Assembly: GCA_963770345.1 (NCBI GenBank)
Contig: CAVYPH010000013.1
Span: 140,280 to 204,279, forward strand
DNA: 64,000 bases
Reading direction: 5' to 3'
Source: Bryobacteraceae bacterium
Lineage (GTDB): Bacteria; Acidobacteriota; Terriglobia; Bryobacterales; Bryobacteraceae
Shown: piece after piece, positions 1 through 8,148 of the stretch
Layout of the letters: each line of letters begins with the position of its first letter
Numbering within the stretch: position 1 is the stretch's first letter
Position numbers and translations under genes: made by a program
Notes under the pieces: generated by a model
The model's input: the letters and a program-made list of their open reading frames with translations, nothing else
Database searches by the model: none
What the model was told of the DNA's origin: nothing

Positions 1-324
1 TTCTCGGACCATTGGAACCCGCGGGTTGTTGGCGAATTGAATGGCCAGCATGTGAAAGTGGTGAAGTTCCAAGGTGAATTCGTCTGGCACGGTCATGCCG
101 GGGAGGACGAGTTCTTCCTGGTCTTGCGAGGCAGCTTCCGGATGGACTTCCGCGATAAGAGCGTGACGCTCAGCGAGGGGGACTTTATTATCGTTCCCCG
201 CGGTGTTGAGCATCGCCCGGTGGCCGAGCATGAGGTCGAAGTGATGCTGTTTGAGCCGGCGCAGATTCGGCACACTGGCGATGTTGAAAGCGATTTAACC
301 GTGCATCAGTATGAACGGATTTGA
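1..324 (+). CDS. Cupin domain protein (5-prime partial, open from window start)
   Basis: Frame-1 ORF is open from nt 1. FSDHWNPRVVGELNGQHVKVVKFQGEFVWHGHAGEDEFFLVLRG...FIIVPRGVEHRP carries both cupin barrel motifs (G-x5-H-x-H..E and P-x-G-x2-H). Stop at 322-324. Confidence 0.7.
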   Translation, partial: FSDHWNPRVVGELNGQHVKVVKFQGEFVWHGHAGEDEFFLVLRGSFRMDFRDKSVTLSEGDFIIVPRGVEHRPVAEHEVEVMLFEPAQIRHTGDVESDLTVHQYERI

Positions 325-687
325 GTGATGACTGCATCCGACTTTCGCCGAATTGCGTTGAGCTTGAAAGGCGCCGAAGAGGGCTCGCACATGGGCGCGG
401 CCGACTTCCGCGTGGGAGGCAGAATATTCGCCACGCTCGCTTCGGAAAAACAAGGGTACGGCAACCTCATGCTCACGCCGGAACAGCAGGCGGACTTCGT
501 TGCGGAACAGCCAGACATTTTCTTGCCCATCGCGGGCGGTTGGGGAAGGATGGGAGCGACCCACATCCGGCTGGACAAGGCAAACGCGGATGTTCTCGCG
601 GGCGCCTTGCACACGGCATGGAAACTACGAGTGGAGAAGAACGCGAAGACCGCGGGAAAAAAGCGCGCGCGGCGTGTCATCGAGTGA
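325..687 (+). CDS. MmcQ/YjbR family (DUF419-like) protein
   Basis: Starts directly after the upstream stop. MTASDFRRIALSLKGAEEGSHMGAADFRVGGRIFATL... resembles the YjbR/MmcQ N-terminal signature. Confidence 0.6.
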   Translation: MMTASDFRRIALSLKGAEEGSHMGAADFRVGGRIFATLASEKQGYGNLMLTPEQQADFVAEQPDIFLPIAGGWGRMGATHIRLDKANADVLAGALHTAWKLRVEKNAKTAGKKRARRVIE

Positions 688-2210
688 GCCCCGCCAGTTG
701 TTGCACAGTCTGAAATGTATCCGCATCGGCGGCGGACTTATCCGTCCGGTACCGCTTCACCCGGGCGAATCGCAACGCCAATCCGCTGATGTATCGCGGG
801 CTTACCTGGATCTCGTTGAACGCAATTTCGGCGACCAACTTCGGTTCCACGTAAACGGTGTAGTTGTCGCGTCCGATTTCCAGCTTCAGCAGCTCCTGCG
901 TTTGCCAGGCCAGCATCTCGTCGGTGAGTCCCTTGAAGGTTTTGCCGAGCATGGCGAAGCCGCCTTTTTCCGTATCGCGGGCACCCAGATGCAGGTTGCT
1001 GAGCCAGCCGTGCCGCCGGCCGTTGCCCCATTCCGCTGCGAGAATGACCAGATCGAGGGTGCGCGGACTCTTTACCTTCAGCCAACTCTGACCGCGTGCG
1101 CCCGCCGCGTAGGGAGCCGCTGTCGATTTGGCCATTATGCCTTCGTGGCCTTGGCGCAGCGCGGTATCGAAGAATTCGGCCGCCTTTTCGGGATTCGCCG
1201 TGATCGATGTGCGGCACCACCAGATTCGGTGCAAGTTCGGCGAGTGTTCCGAAACGCTCGCGCCTGCGGCTCATCGAGAAGGGACGTCCCGTTCAGATAG
1301 AGCAAGTCGAACCAGAACGGCGAGAGCGGCAGTTCGGTTCGCATGCGTTCCACGTCCAGCTTGCGGCCGAAACGGCGCATCGTTATTTGGAAAGGATTTG
1401 GCCGGCCGTCCGGCTGCAGGCTGATGACTTCGCCATCAAGGATCAGGTCCTTTGCGGGCAGCTCGCGGGTTGCTTCCACGATCTCAGGCACCGCGGCCGT
1501 TACGTCGTTGAGGCTGCGTGAATAAACAATCACCTCATCGCCGGACCGGTGCACCTGGATGCGAGCGCCGTCCAGCTTCCATTCGAGTGCAGCCTCGCCG
1601 AGCTCGCCGATGGCTTCCGCCGCGTCCTCTGCGGTCTGCGCCAGCATCGGTTGTACCGGCCGGAAAAGTTGCACGTCATACGTGGAGAGACCGGCCTCGC
1701 CTTGCTCCAACACAGCGCGGGCGACCGGTGGAATGGCTCCGGCCATCATCGCCGCGCGGCGGATCCTTTCGAGTGGGATATGCGAGACGCGCGCCACGGC
1801 CTCCAGCATGATGCCTTCGAGCGCTCCCTGACGAAGCTCCCCGCCAAGCAGACCCGATCAAGAAACGCTGCTCGTCTTCAGTGGCGCGCGAGAAAATGAC
1901 TTTCAGCAATTCCAGCTTGCGGCCCGCCGAGCCTGAGCCTTGCGTAGACTTGAGCGATTCAAACGCGCGATCTACTTCCAGCAGTTCGAGGCTAGGCTCC
2001 GCCGCCGGAGCGCCTGCCTACATCGCGCAACGTCGCGTAACCGATCCCGATGCGGCCCTGGCGCGTGCTGCCGCTGAGGAACGACACCGCAATCTCGACC
2101 TCCTCAGGCTGGAGCTGTTCGAGCAGGGCGGCGATCAGGCCGATTTTCTCCAGGCGCTTCGTAGTGGAGGCCACGCGGCCGGACGTCGCCACGACGTGCG
2201 AAAGCTGCAT
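677..2210 (-). pseudogene. ATP-dependent DNA ligase (LigB/Cdc9 type) disrupted by about 4 frameshifts
   Basis: Five minus-strand frame segments read consecutively as one ligase of about 511 aa. Segment 1: MQLSHVVATSGRVASTTKRLEKI...YATLRDVG (2210 to ~2015). Segment 2: APAAEPSLELLEVDRAFESL...ATEDEQRFLIG (to ~1853). Segment 3: LLGGELRQGALEGIMLEAV...EWKLDGARIQVH (KxDG adenylation motif)...FWFDLLYLNGTSLLD (to ~1280). Segment 4: SRRRERFGTLAELAPNLVVPH (to ~1210). Segment 5: TSITANPEKAAEFF..GHEGIMAK..SWLKVK...RFARVKRYRTDK (to 677). Confidence 0.85.
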
Positions 2211-2216
2211 ATTTCC

Positions 2217-2708
2217 CTAGTCGAACTCTTGCACACCCGCATTCTGATCCGCGCCGACGCGGCCTGTCTCAATCTTCGCCACACTGTAGTTCTCGCCGCG
2301 CACTCGCGCCCCAGCAAGCCTCCGCAACATGGCGATCTGGCCGGTGTGCGTCAACGCATCCGCTACCGCGCCTTGAAATAGCTTGTCCGCCGACGCGCGC
2401 AATTCCGAGCCCGACGCCAAATATTCGTCGAACGCGGTGAGCGCCGCGAAGAACCTGGCGGTATCTTCGCTCCACGTTTTCGGCTTTGAGTTCCGCCACC
2501 GCTCCTGGCCTTGCGCCTGAGAAAGCACCCAGTCGAACAGGTCGCAAATGTGGGCCAGGATTTCGCCCGCCGAGCGCGATCCTTCGCCCGGCCGGAAACT
2601 GCTGAACTCCGGCGGCGCATCCCGTAGCGTTTTCGCCGCCCGGTAGGCGAGCGTCGCAATTGCGTGTCTCAGAGAGAGATTTGCTTGGTGTTCGGTTTTC
2701 GTTGGCAT
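2217..2708 (-). CDS. DinB family protein
   Basis: ATG at 2708 gives a 163-aa protein, MPTKTEHQANLSLRHAIATLAYRAAKTL..GEILAHICDL..THTGQIAMLRR, typical of the DinB helical bundle with conserved His. The longer ORF to 2927 looks like read-through into the divergent gene. Confidence 0.65.
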   Translation of the reverse strand: MPTKTEHQANLSLRHAIATLAYRAAKTLRDAPPEFSSFRPGEGSRSAGEILAHICDLFDWVLSQAQGQERWRNSKPKTWSEDTARFFAALTAFDEYLASGSELRASADKLFQGAVADALTHTGQIAMLRRLAGARVRGENYSVAKIETGRVGADQNAGVQEFD

Positions 2709-2709
2709 A

Positions 2710-3687
2710 ATGCTGTTATACGGCAATTCCGGAGACGATTTCTTGGCGAAAATTGCGGTTGAGTTAGAAAGGGCGTTGGCCACGCGCTCAGTCAACGGAA
2801 CTCCCGGCGGTGCCACGGCGCGCAGACTTGCCCAAGGCGACGGCTGGACGGTGTCCGACGTCGTCTGCACGTCGGGGCCTCGGGATCGCCCTTTCGAAGA
2901 GCAGCACTCACACGTCGGAATTGCCATTGTCGCGGCGGGCAGCTTTCAATACCAATCCCGGGCTGGCCGCGGGCTGATGACGCCAGGTTCGCTTCTGCTC
3001 GGCAATGCAGGTCATTGTTTCGAATGCGGACACGAACATGGAACGGGAGACCGCAGCCTCTCGTTCGGATACGCCCCGGATTATTTTGAGAGACTTGCAG
3101 CCGACGCCGGAATCCGTGGTGTAAGGGTGGACTTCCCAGTGGTCCGCATTCCGCCATTGCGCGAGTTATCACCACTGATTGCGCGAGCCTGCGCCGGCCT
3201 GATCGGATCCGTGAACGTCCCGTGGGAGGAACTCAGCGTCGAATTAGCGGCGCTGGCGCTACAACTCGCGGGCGGCCTCGCACCCGATGCGTGCAGCGTA
3301 CCGCCAAACGCCCTGGCGCGGGTATCCCGGACCGTGCGCGACATCGAGCGCGAGCCCGGTAACGGGTTAACACTTGGAAGGCTGGCAAGGGAAGCGGGTC
3401 TGAGCCCGTATCACTTTCTCCGTACTTTCGAGCGCACCACGGGTGTGACTCCACACCAATACGTTCTACGCATGCGTCTCCGTGAAGCAGCCGTGCAGTT
3501 GGCCGCCGGGCAGGCCAAGGTCCTCGACATCGCGCTCGATAGCGGCTTCGGCGACGTATCGAATTTCAACCGCACGTTCCGCGCCGAGTTCGGTGTCAGT
3601 CCACGGCTGTACCGCAGGGCGGCCCAGTCGAACCGCCCTCATCCTTCAACTATTTGTCTTTTCTCACGATATCGATGCTTCCCTTGA
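2710..3687 (+). CDS. AraC family transcriptional regulator
   Basis: C-terminal AraC HTH: LGRLAREAGLSPYHFLRTFERTTGVTPHQYVLRMRLREAAVQL...DIALDSGFGDVSNFNRTFRAEFGVSP. The N-terminus is a cupin-like ligand domain. Start is uncertain because ATG 2710 abuts the divergent DinB start. Confidence 0.8.
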   Translation: MLLYGNSGDDFLAKIAVELERALATRSVNGTPGGATARRLAQGDGWTVSDVVCTSGPRDRPFEEQHSHVGIAIVAAGSFQYQSRAGRGLMTPGSLLLGNAGHCFECGHEHGTGDRSLSFGYAPDYFERLAADAGIRGVRVDFPVVRIPPLRELSPLIARACAGLIGSVNVPWEELSVELAALALQLAGGLAPDACSVPPNALARVSRTVRDIEREPGNGLTLGRLAREAGLSPYHFLRTFERTTGVTPHQYVLRMRLREAAVQLAAGQAKVLDIALDSGFGDVSNFNRTFRAEFGVSPRLYRRAAQSNRPHPSTICLFSRYRCFP

Positions 3688-4093
3688 AGTATGCTTCGTC
3701 GTCAATGGTGATGCCCGCCGTTGTGATGTTGCCGACGAGCTGACCATCTTTTCGAATAATAACTTTCAGTTCGGCATCGATGTTGCCGTTAACAGTCCCA
3801 AGCACCGTCACTTCGCGCGCCTTGATGTCGGATTTCACTTTTGCATTTGGTCCGACCGTCAGGCTATGACCCGGAACCAGCAGTTTGCCTTCCACCTCCC
3901 CGTCGAGGAAGAGATCTTCTTTGCTCAAAATCTCGCCCTTGATCACCATCCCCCGACCGATATTCGCCACGGTTCGCGGCGCTGCTGGTGGAGGAGGTGC
4001 TGCCTGTTGCGGAAGAGGAGCAGTGTAAGGTTTTGTTTCGGCTGGTCGCTGCTGCGGTTCTGGCTGCTTTGTATCCTTGCGTTTTTCCCACAT
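3650..4093 (-). CDS. Bactofilin (polymer-forming cytoskeletal protein)
   Basis: Pro-rich N-terminus followed by the bactofilin beta-helix repeat pattern: VIKGEILSKEDLFLDGEVEGKLLVPGHSLTVGPNAKVKSDIKAREVTVLGTVNGNIDAELKVIIRKDGQLVGNITTAGITIDDEAYFKGSIDI. Confidence 0.8.
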   Translation of the reverse strand: MWEKRKDTKQPEPQQRPAETKPYTAPLPQQAAPPPPAAPRTVANIGRGMVIKGEILSKEDLFLDGEVEGKLLVPGHSLTVGPNAKVKSDIKAREVTVLGTVNGNIDAELKVIIRKDGQLVGNITTAGITIDDEAYFKGSIDIVRKDK

Positions 4094-4222
4094 GGGAAGA
4101 GTCTCCTTTTCTTACGTATGATTTCGACTCTGAAAGTTCTCCCCCCGCTTCATACATTCTAGTGCGGTCGAGCGAAGCGTGGTTGAATTTGTGGATACTG
4201 GTCAAGGAGGGCCTCCGAATTC

Positions 4223-4729
4223 ATGTTCTGTCCTGCTTGCGGTCAAGCGAATGTCGATCAAGCGAAGTTTTGCACTGGATGCGGCAACAATCTGACGCAG
4301 TATCAGGCCGTATTTGCGCCCCCCGCTGCTGCCCCTCCGCAGCCGGAGCCCGTACCGGAACGTAAGCCGGCCGTAGATCCGTTCGGTAATCCGATCAATA
4401 CTCCGGGCGCTGTACCGGTTCCGCCGCCTGCTTCAACCCCGGTGCCGCCATTACCAATATATTCAACGCCGGCGCCTTCAGCGCCGCCTCCAACACCATT
4501 GCCTCCAACCATGGAGCAGCTAATTTCCTCTGCCCCACCCCCTCCACCCGTCTCCTCAATTCCAGTTGCGCCGCCTGCGGTTTTTCAAGCGCCCGTCCCT
4601 GTTGCAGCCAAATCGGCAGGCATCGTTGGTCTTCTCGTCTGGCTCCTGCTCGGCATCGCCGCCGGCGGTGGCGGCGCATACCTGGTTATCCACGAAAAAG
4701 CCGCCTCGGCGTCGGCTCCTTCACATTAA
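4223..4729 (+). CDS. Zinc-ribbon protein with Pro-rich linker and C-terminal TM anchor
   Basis: MFCPACGQANVDQAKFCTGCGNNL (CxxC..CxxC zinc ribbon), then a long P/A-rich segment, then the hydrophobic helix GIVGLLVWLLLGIAAGGGGAYLVI. Confidence 0.6.
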   Translation: MFCPACGQANVDQAKFCTGCGNNLTQYQAVFAPPAAAPPQPEPVPERKPAVDPFGNPINTPGAVPVPPPASTPVPPLPIYSTPAPSAPPPTPLPPTMEQLISSAPPPPPVSSIPVAPPAVFQAPVPVAAKSAGIVGLLVWLLLGIAAGGGGAYLVIHEKAASASAPSH

Positions 4730-4837
4730 AATCATTTAACAAACGGAATAATAGCATCCGAAGCCTGGATGTGAGAGGTAGTATCACCAGAGGGCCGACA
4801 ATTCGGCTAATTCTGTTCTGTAAAGAGGACTCTAAAC

Positions 4838-5077
4838 ATGAATCGACGAAAGTTCGGTATGGCACTTGGAAGCGCTGTAGCGGGTTTGGCCGCGGCGGCA
4901 AAACTGATGGCTGACGACGCCCCACCCAAGAAAGTGAAGGCTGCGAAGCACGATTGCAAGGGTAACAATGCTTGCAAGGGTCAGGGCGGCTGCAAGACCG
5001 GTGACAACGGTTGCAAAGGCAAGAACTCCTGCAAAGGCAAGGGTGGTTGCGCGGTTCCTCCGAAAAAAGATAAGTAA
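4838..5077 (+). CDS. bufA: Secreted 6-Cys Lys/Gly-rich peptide; bufferin-like (6/12-Cys type) RiPP precursor
   Basis: AAGAGGA Shine-Dalgarno lies upstream of the ATG. Signal peptide MNRRKFGMALGSAVAGLAAAAKLMA has an RRxF motif. Core is DDAPPKKVKAAKHDCKGNNACKGQGGCKTGDNGCKGKNSCKGKGGCAVPPKKDK. The gene lies immediately upstream of DoxX, DUF692 and DUF2063 genes. Confidence 0.7.
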   Translation: MNRRKFGMALGSAVAGLAAAAKLMADDAPPKKVKAAKHDCKGNNACKGQGGCKTGDNGCKGKNSCKGKGGCAVPPKKDK

Positions 5078-5104
5078 GAGGGGCTGTTGTAGTTTCCAGA
5101 TTAT

Positions 5105-5142
5105 TCTTTGTTGCGGGTCTTTCCTGGCCCGCAACAAAGAAG
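5105..5142 (+). promoter_or_regulatory. Intercistronic stem-loop after the precursor gene (possible attenuator, partial terminator or mRNA stabiliser)
   Basis: Perfect inverted repeat ctttgttgcggg (5107-5118) / cccgcaacaaag (5129-5140). It extends by 2 A-T pairs and has a 10-nt loop. It lies 28 nt after the precursor stop and 19 nt before the DoxX start. There is no clear U-tract. Confidence 0.5.
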
Positions 5143-5160
5143 CATTAACGTCTATTTCCC

Positions 5161-5616
5161 ATGCTCGAATCTCTCTTGCGGCGGAGCTCCGCCATCGCGG
5201 CCGCGCTAGCCTTCCTCCCTCCTCTTCTCACGCGGTTGGTGATCGGCCAGGCGTTTCATCTCACCGGTCACGGTAAGCTGGTAAACTTTGATCGCACGGT
5301 CGATTTCTTCACTAGCCTGGGCATCCCGTTTCCCCACGCAAACGCCGCGTTCATAGCGAGTCTGGAGTTTGTGGGCGGTCTCTGTTTGATGCTGGGTCTC
5401 GGCACGCGCATTTTCGCCGGGCTTCTGTCGTGCAGCATGATCGTTGCGTTGATGACAGCCGACAAAGCCGATTTCGTGTCGAAATTCTGGTCGGCGATCA
5501 CCGACGTCACATCGTTCGTGTACCTGTTATTCTTAATTTGGCTGGTGGTGTATGGCCCCGGCCCGGTCAGTTTGGACGCGCTCATTGGAAGATGGTACCG
5601 GGCGCGGCGTAAATAG
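5161..5616 (+). CDS. DoxX family membrane protein (BufD-like)
   Basis: Four predicted TM helices with DoxX-like sequence: RLVIGQAFHLTGHGKLVNFDRTVDFFTSLGIPFPHANAAFIASLEFVGGLCLMLGLGTR. Confidence 0.75.
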   Translation: MLESLLRRSSAIAAALAFLPPLLTRLVIGQAFHLTGHGKLVNFDRTVDFFTSLGIPFPHANAAFIASLEFVGGLCLMLGLGTRIFAGLLSCSMIVALMTADKADFVSKFWSAITDVTSFVYLLFLIWLVVYGPGPVSLDALIGRWYRARRK

Positions 5617-5628
5617 GAGTTCCGGCTG

Positions 5629-6498
5629 ATGGCAAACCGTTGGGGATATCCGGATTTAGGATTTGGAATCGGATTACGAACCCCGCACTTCAATCACATC
5701 CTGGAAAATCATCCGCCTATCGATTGGTTCGAGATCCTGTCAGAGAATTACATGGACACGAGCGGGCGTCCGTTGTGGGTACTCGACCAGATCGCCGAGC
5801 GCTATCCCGTAGTGCTGCACGGCGTGTCCATGTCGATTGGCAGCACCGATCCACTCGACTTCGAATATTTGCGCAAGCTGAAAGAACTGGCCAAGCGCAT
5901 CAACGCGCGGTGGATTTCCGACCATCTTTGCTGGACCGGCGTAAACGGCCTCAATGTTCACGATCTGCTGCCGATGCCTTACACGGATGAATCTCTCCGG
6001 TACACCATCGAGCGGGTTCGGCAGGTGCAGGATTATCTCGAGCGCCCGATTGCGTTGGAGAATGCTTCCACTTATCTCGAGTTCAGCGCATCTTCCTGGG
6101 CGGAGTCGGATTTCATCGCAACATTGTCGCAGGAGGCCAACAGCGGCATCCTGCTCGACGTAAACAACGTGTACGTCAGCTCGTTCAATCACGGCTTCGA
6201 TGCGAAAGCGTACATCGATAAAATTCCCGGCGATCGAGTTATTCAGATCCATCTCGCCGGCCACACGCACAAAGGTACGCACATCCTGGATACGCACAGC
6301 GACTACGTGATCGACACGGTTTGGGACCTCTATCGCCACGCTTATCAGCGAATGGGCGGGGTATCGACGCTGCTCGAATGGGACGCGTCCATTCCGAGTT
6401 TCGAAATTGTTCATGCCGAAGCTCTAAAGGCGCGGGAGCATCGCCAGAAGGCCGAAGCCGAGGCGCGAGTAGAAGAGGTTGCGTCGTATGCGGACTGA
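5629..6498 (+). CDS. bufB: DUF692 family multinuclear non-heme iron oxidase (MNIO; BufB/MbnB-like)
   Basis: AGGAG lies upstream of the ATG. LGFGIGLRTPHF..IDWFEILSENYM..VVLHGVSMSIGS..ISDHLCWTG..IALENASTYL..GILLDVNNVYVS..IQIHLAGHT..ILDTHSDYV..STLLEWD is the characteristic DUF692 TIM-barrel motif set. Confidence 0.85.
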   Translation: MANRWGYPDLGFGIGLRTPHFNHILENHPPIDWFEILSENYMDTSGRPLWVLDQIAERYPVVLHGVSMSIGSTDPLDFEYLRKLKELAKRINARWISDHLCWTGVNGLNVHDLLPMPYTDESLRYTIERVRQVQDYLERPIALENASTYLEFSASSWAESDFIATLSQEANSGILLDVNNVYVSSFNHGFDAKAYIDKIPGDRVIQIHLAGHTHKGTHILDTHSDYVIDTVWDLYRHAYQRMGGVSTLLEWDASIPSFEIVHAEALKAREHRQKAEAEARVEEVASYAD

Positions 6499-7288
6499 TC
6501 TCGCCGGCATTCAGAGCTGGATGCAGGCCGTTATTGTGTCTGATCCGGAATCCGAAATTCCTGAACAGGAAGCGCGGGAACTGGTGCTTCCATCGAACAC
6601 GCTCTCACCGATGGAACGCGTTGACATCTATCGCAGCATGTATCTGTCGCGAATGGTGGAAGCGCTGGAAATCGATTATCCGGGTTTGGCGCAGTATCTT
6701 GGAACCGAAGGTTTCTATAATCTGGTTTCGCGGTACGTGGATGCATATCCGTCGCGAAGCTACACGTTGAATCGGCTAGGCGACCGCCTCCCTGATTTCA
6801 TCGCCACCCTGAACGACGTCAAGCGAAGGGATTTTCTGCACGACCTGGCCCGGCTGGAATCAGCTTTGAACGTGGCCTTCGACGCCGAGGAGGCACCACC
6901 GCTCACGGTGGAGGCCATCGCCGCGGTGCCGCAGGACGCCTGGGAAAATGCGCGCATGAAGCCGATTGCCGCGCTCCATTTGCTGGAATTCCAATATCCG
7001 GTGAGTGAGTATCTTGGCTCAGTGTTGGACGAAGCACCGGCGCCCAGCACGAGAAAAAAGCGCACGTGGGTGGCTGCTTACCGCAAAGATTACGGCTTGC
7101 GGCGGCTGGATCTGAGTCTTCCCGAATATGAACTGCTAAGCGACTTGGTGGCCCAGAAAACGGTAGGAGAGGCGATCATAGCCGCCTGCACTCGCAAGGG
7201 AAAGGCCAGAGCGAAGGAAAGCGATTTGTTCGCCTGGTTTCAAAATTGGATGGCGCGAGGGTTGTTCCAGAAAGTGGAAATTTCCTAG
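6479..7288 (+). CDS. bufC: DUF2063 domain protein (BufC-like MNIO partner)
   Basis: Overlaps the MNIO gene by 20 nt. LAGIQSWMQAVIV...ERVDIYRSMYLSRMVEALEIDYPGLAQYLG...FYNLVSRYVDAYPSRSYTLNRLGDRLPDFI is typical of DUF2063 N-terminal domains. Confidence 0.75.
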   Translation: MRRMRTDLAGIQSWMQAVIVSDPESEIPEQEARELVLPSNTLSPMERVDIYRSMYLSRMVEALEIDYPGLAQYLGTEGFYNLVSRYVDAYPSRSYTLNRLGDRLPDFIATLNDVKRRDFLHDLARLESALNVAFDAEEAPPLTVEAIAAVPQDAWENARMKPIAALHLLEFQYPVSEYLGSVLDEAPAPSTRKKRTWVAAYRKDYGLRRLDLSLPEYELLSDLVAQKTVGEAIIAACTRKGKARAKESDLFAWFQNWMARGLFQKVEIS

Positions 7289-8109
7289 TTGCCTGCCGCA
7301 CCGGGGCCGGCAATCTGCGCTAGCCAAGCTTCCTTCATTTCACCTAACGTAGACTTAGTAGCATTCCCCAAAGCTTGTTCGAAATCGTCCGCTTGAAGCG
7401 CCGCGGTCATTACCTCGATTCCATTCCGCTCCACCAGAAACTTCACGAACGACTGCGACATGACATAGAAAGGAGCGGCGACACCTCGACGATCCTCGCC
7501 CATACTGGGAGGCTCGCCCACCGCGCCAACGTATTGCACCACAGCCTTGCCGCCATCACGGGTAAGCCAACGCGCCGCCGCCTTGTCCACACCTTTATTG
7601 CCGTCCCTGGCGAAAATGGCGCCGTCATATCCGCCGATGTGTTCGCTTACGTAACTCTGCACGAATGACGCAAATCCCTCGGAAAGCCAAGTCTGACAAT
7701 GACGGCACGGTTCCAGGATATGCAGCGTCTCGTGAAGGTACGGAGCGGACCGGTTCTGAACGCGCTCCAACGGTAGGTAGATCACCCGTGAGCGCGAGTG
7801 CGAAATATCCACGTGGCCGCTGACGAAATATTGGATCTTATCCGTGCGGGCTGGAAGTTTGAGATAAGTCCGGATATCCTCAATGCCTTTGTTCACCAAC
7901 GCCGCAAAGGCCTGCCGCTGTTCTTCCGTTAGCGTGTCCTGCTCAAAGAACACAATGGCGGAGTCCATTTCGCAGCGAACGCCGGTGTCGCGCATATCCT
8001 GGGCGAGCTGGCGATCGGCCATCCACGCCTCGCGATAAGACTGCGGCCATGCGGGTACGGCCGCCACGAGCAGCATACAACCGGCGAGGTGCAATACTGT
8101 TCGCGCCAT
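7285..8109 (-). CDS. Secreted hypothetical protein with HExxH motif (putative zinc peptidase)
   Basis: Signal peptide MARTVLHLAGCMLLVAAVPAWPQ and an internal PYLHETLHILE (HExxH). It is convergent with bufC, with a 4-nt overlap. Confidence 0.5.
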   Translation of the reverse strand: MARTVLHLAGCMLLVAAVPAWPQSYREAWMADRQLAQDMRDTGVRCEMDSAIVFFEQDTLTEEQRQAFAALVNKGIEDIRTYLKLPARTDKIQYFVSGHVDISHSRSRVIYLPLERVQNRSAPYLHETLHILEPCRHCQTWLSEGFASFVQSYVSEHIGGYDGAIFARDGNKGVDKAAARWLTRDGGKAVVQYVGAVGEPPSMGEDRRGVAAPFYVMSQSFVKFLVERNGIEVMTAALQADDFEQALGNATKSTLGEMKEAWLAQIAGPGAAGN

Positions 8110-8148
8110 CCGATGATATTCCGACGACGTAATTCTAGCTGGAGTTAC

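Noticed and set aside
2706-2712. DinB and AraC genes appear to start 1 nt apart on opposite strands, and similar abutting or overlapping divergent starts occur at 17423/17429 and 21924-21975.
   Set aside because: This most likely reflects uncertain start-codon choice for one partner in each pair, as internal GTG/TTG/ATG alternatives exist. It is unlikely to be a real shared-start architecture, so I do not treat it as a biological signal.
7285-8109. The HExxH secreted protein as the dedicated leader peptidase of the RiPP cluster.
   Set aside because: It is transcribed convergently to the cluster, so it is not in the operon. Bufferin-type precursors are expected to be processed by signal peptidase. 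Adjacency alone is insufficient.
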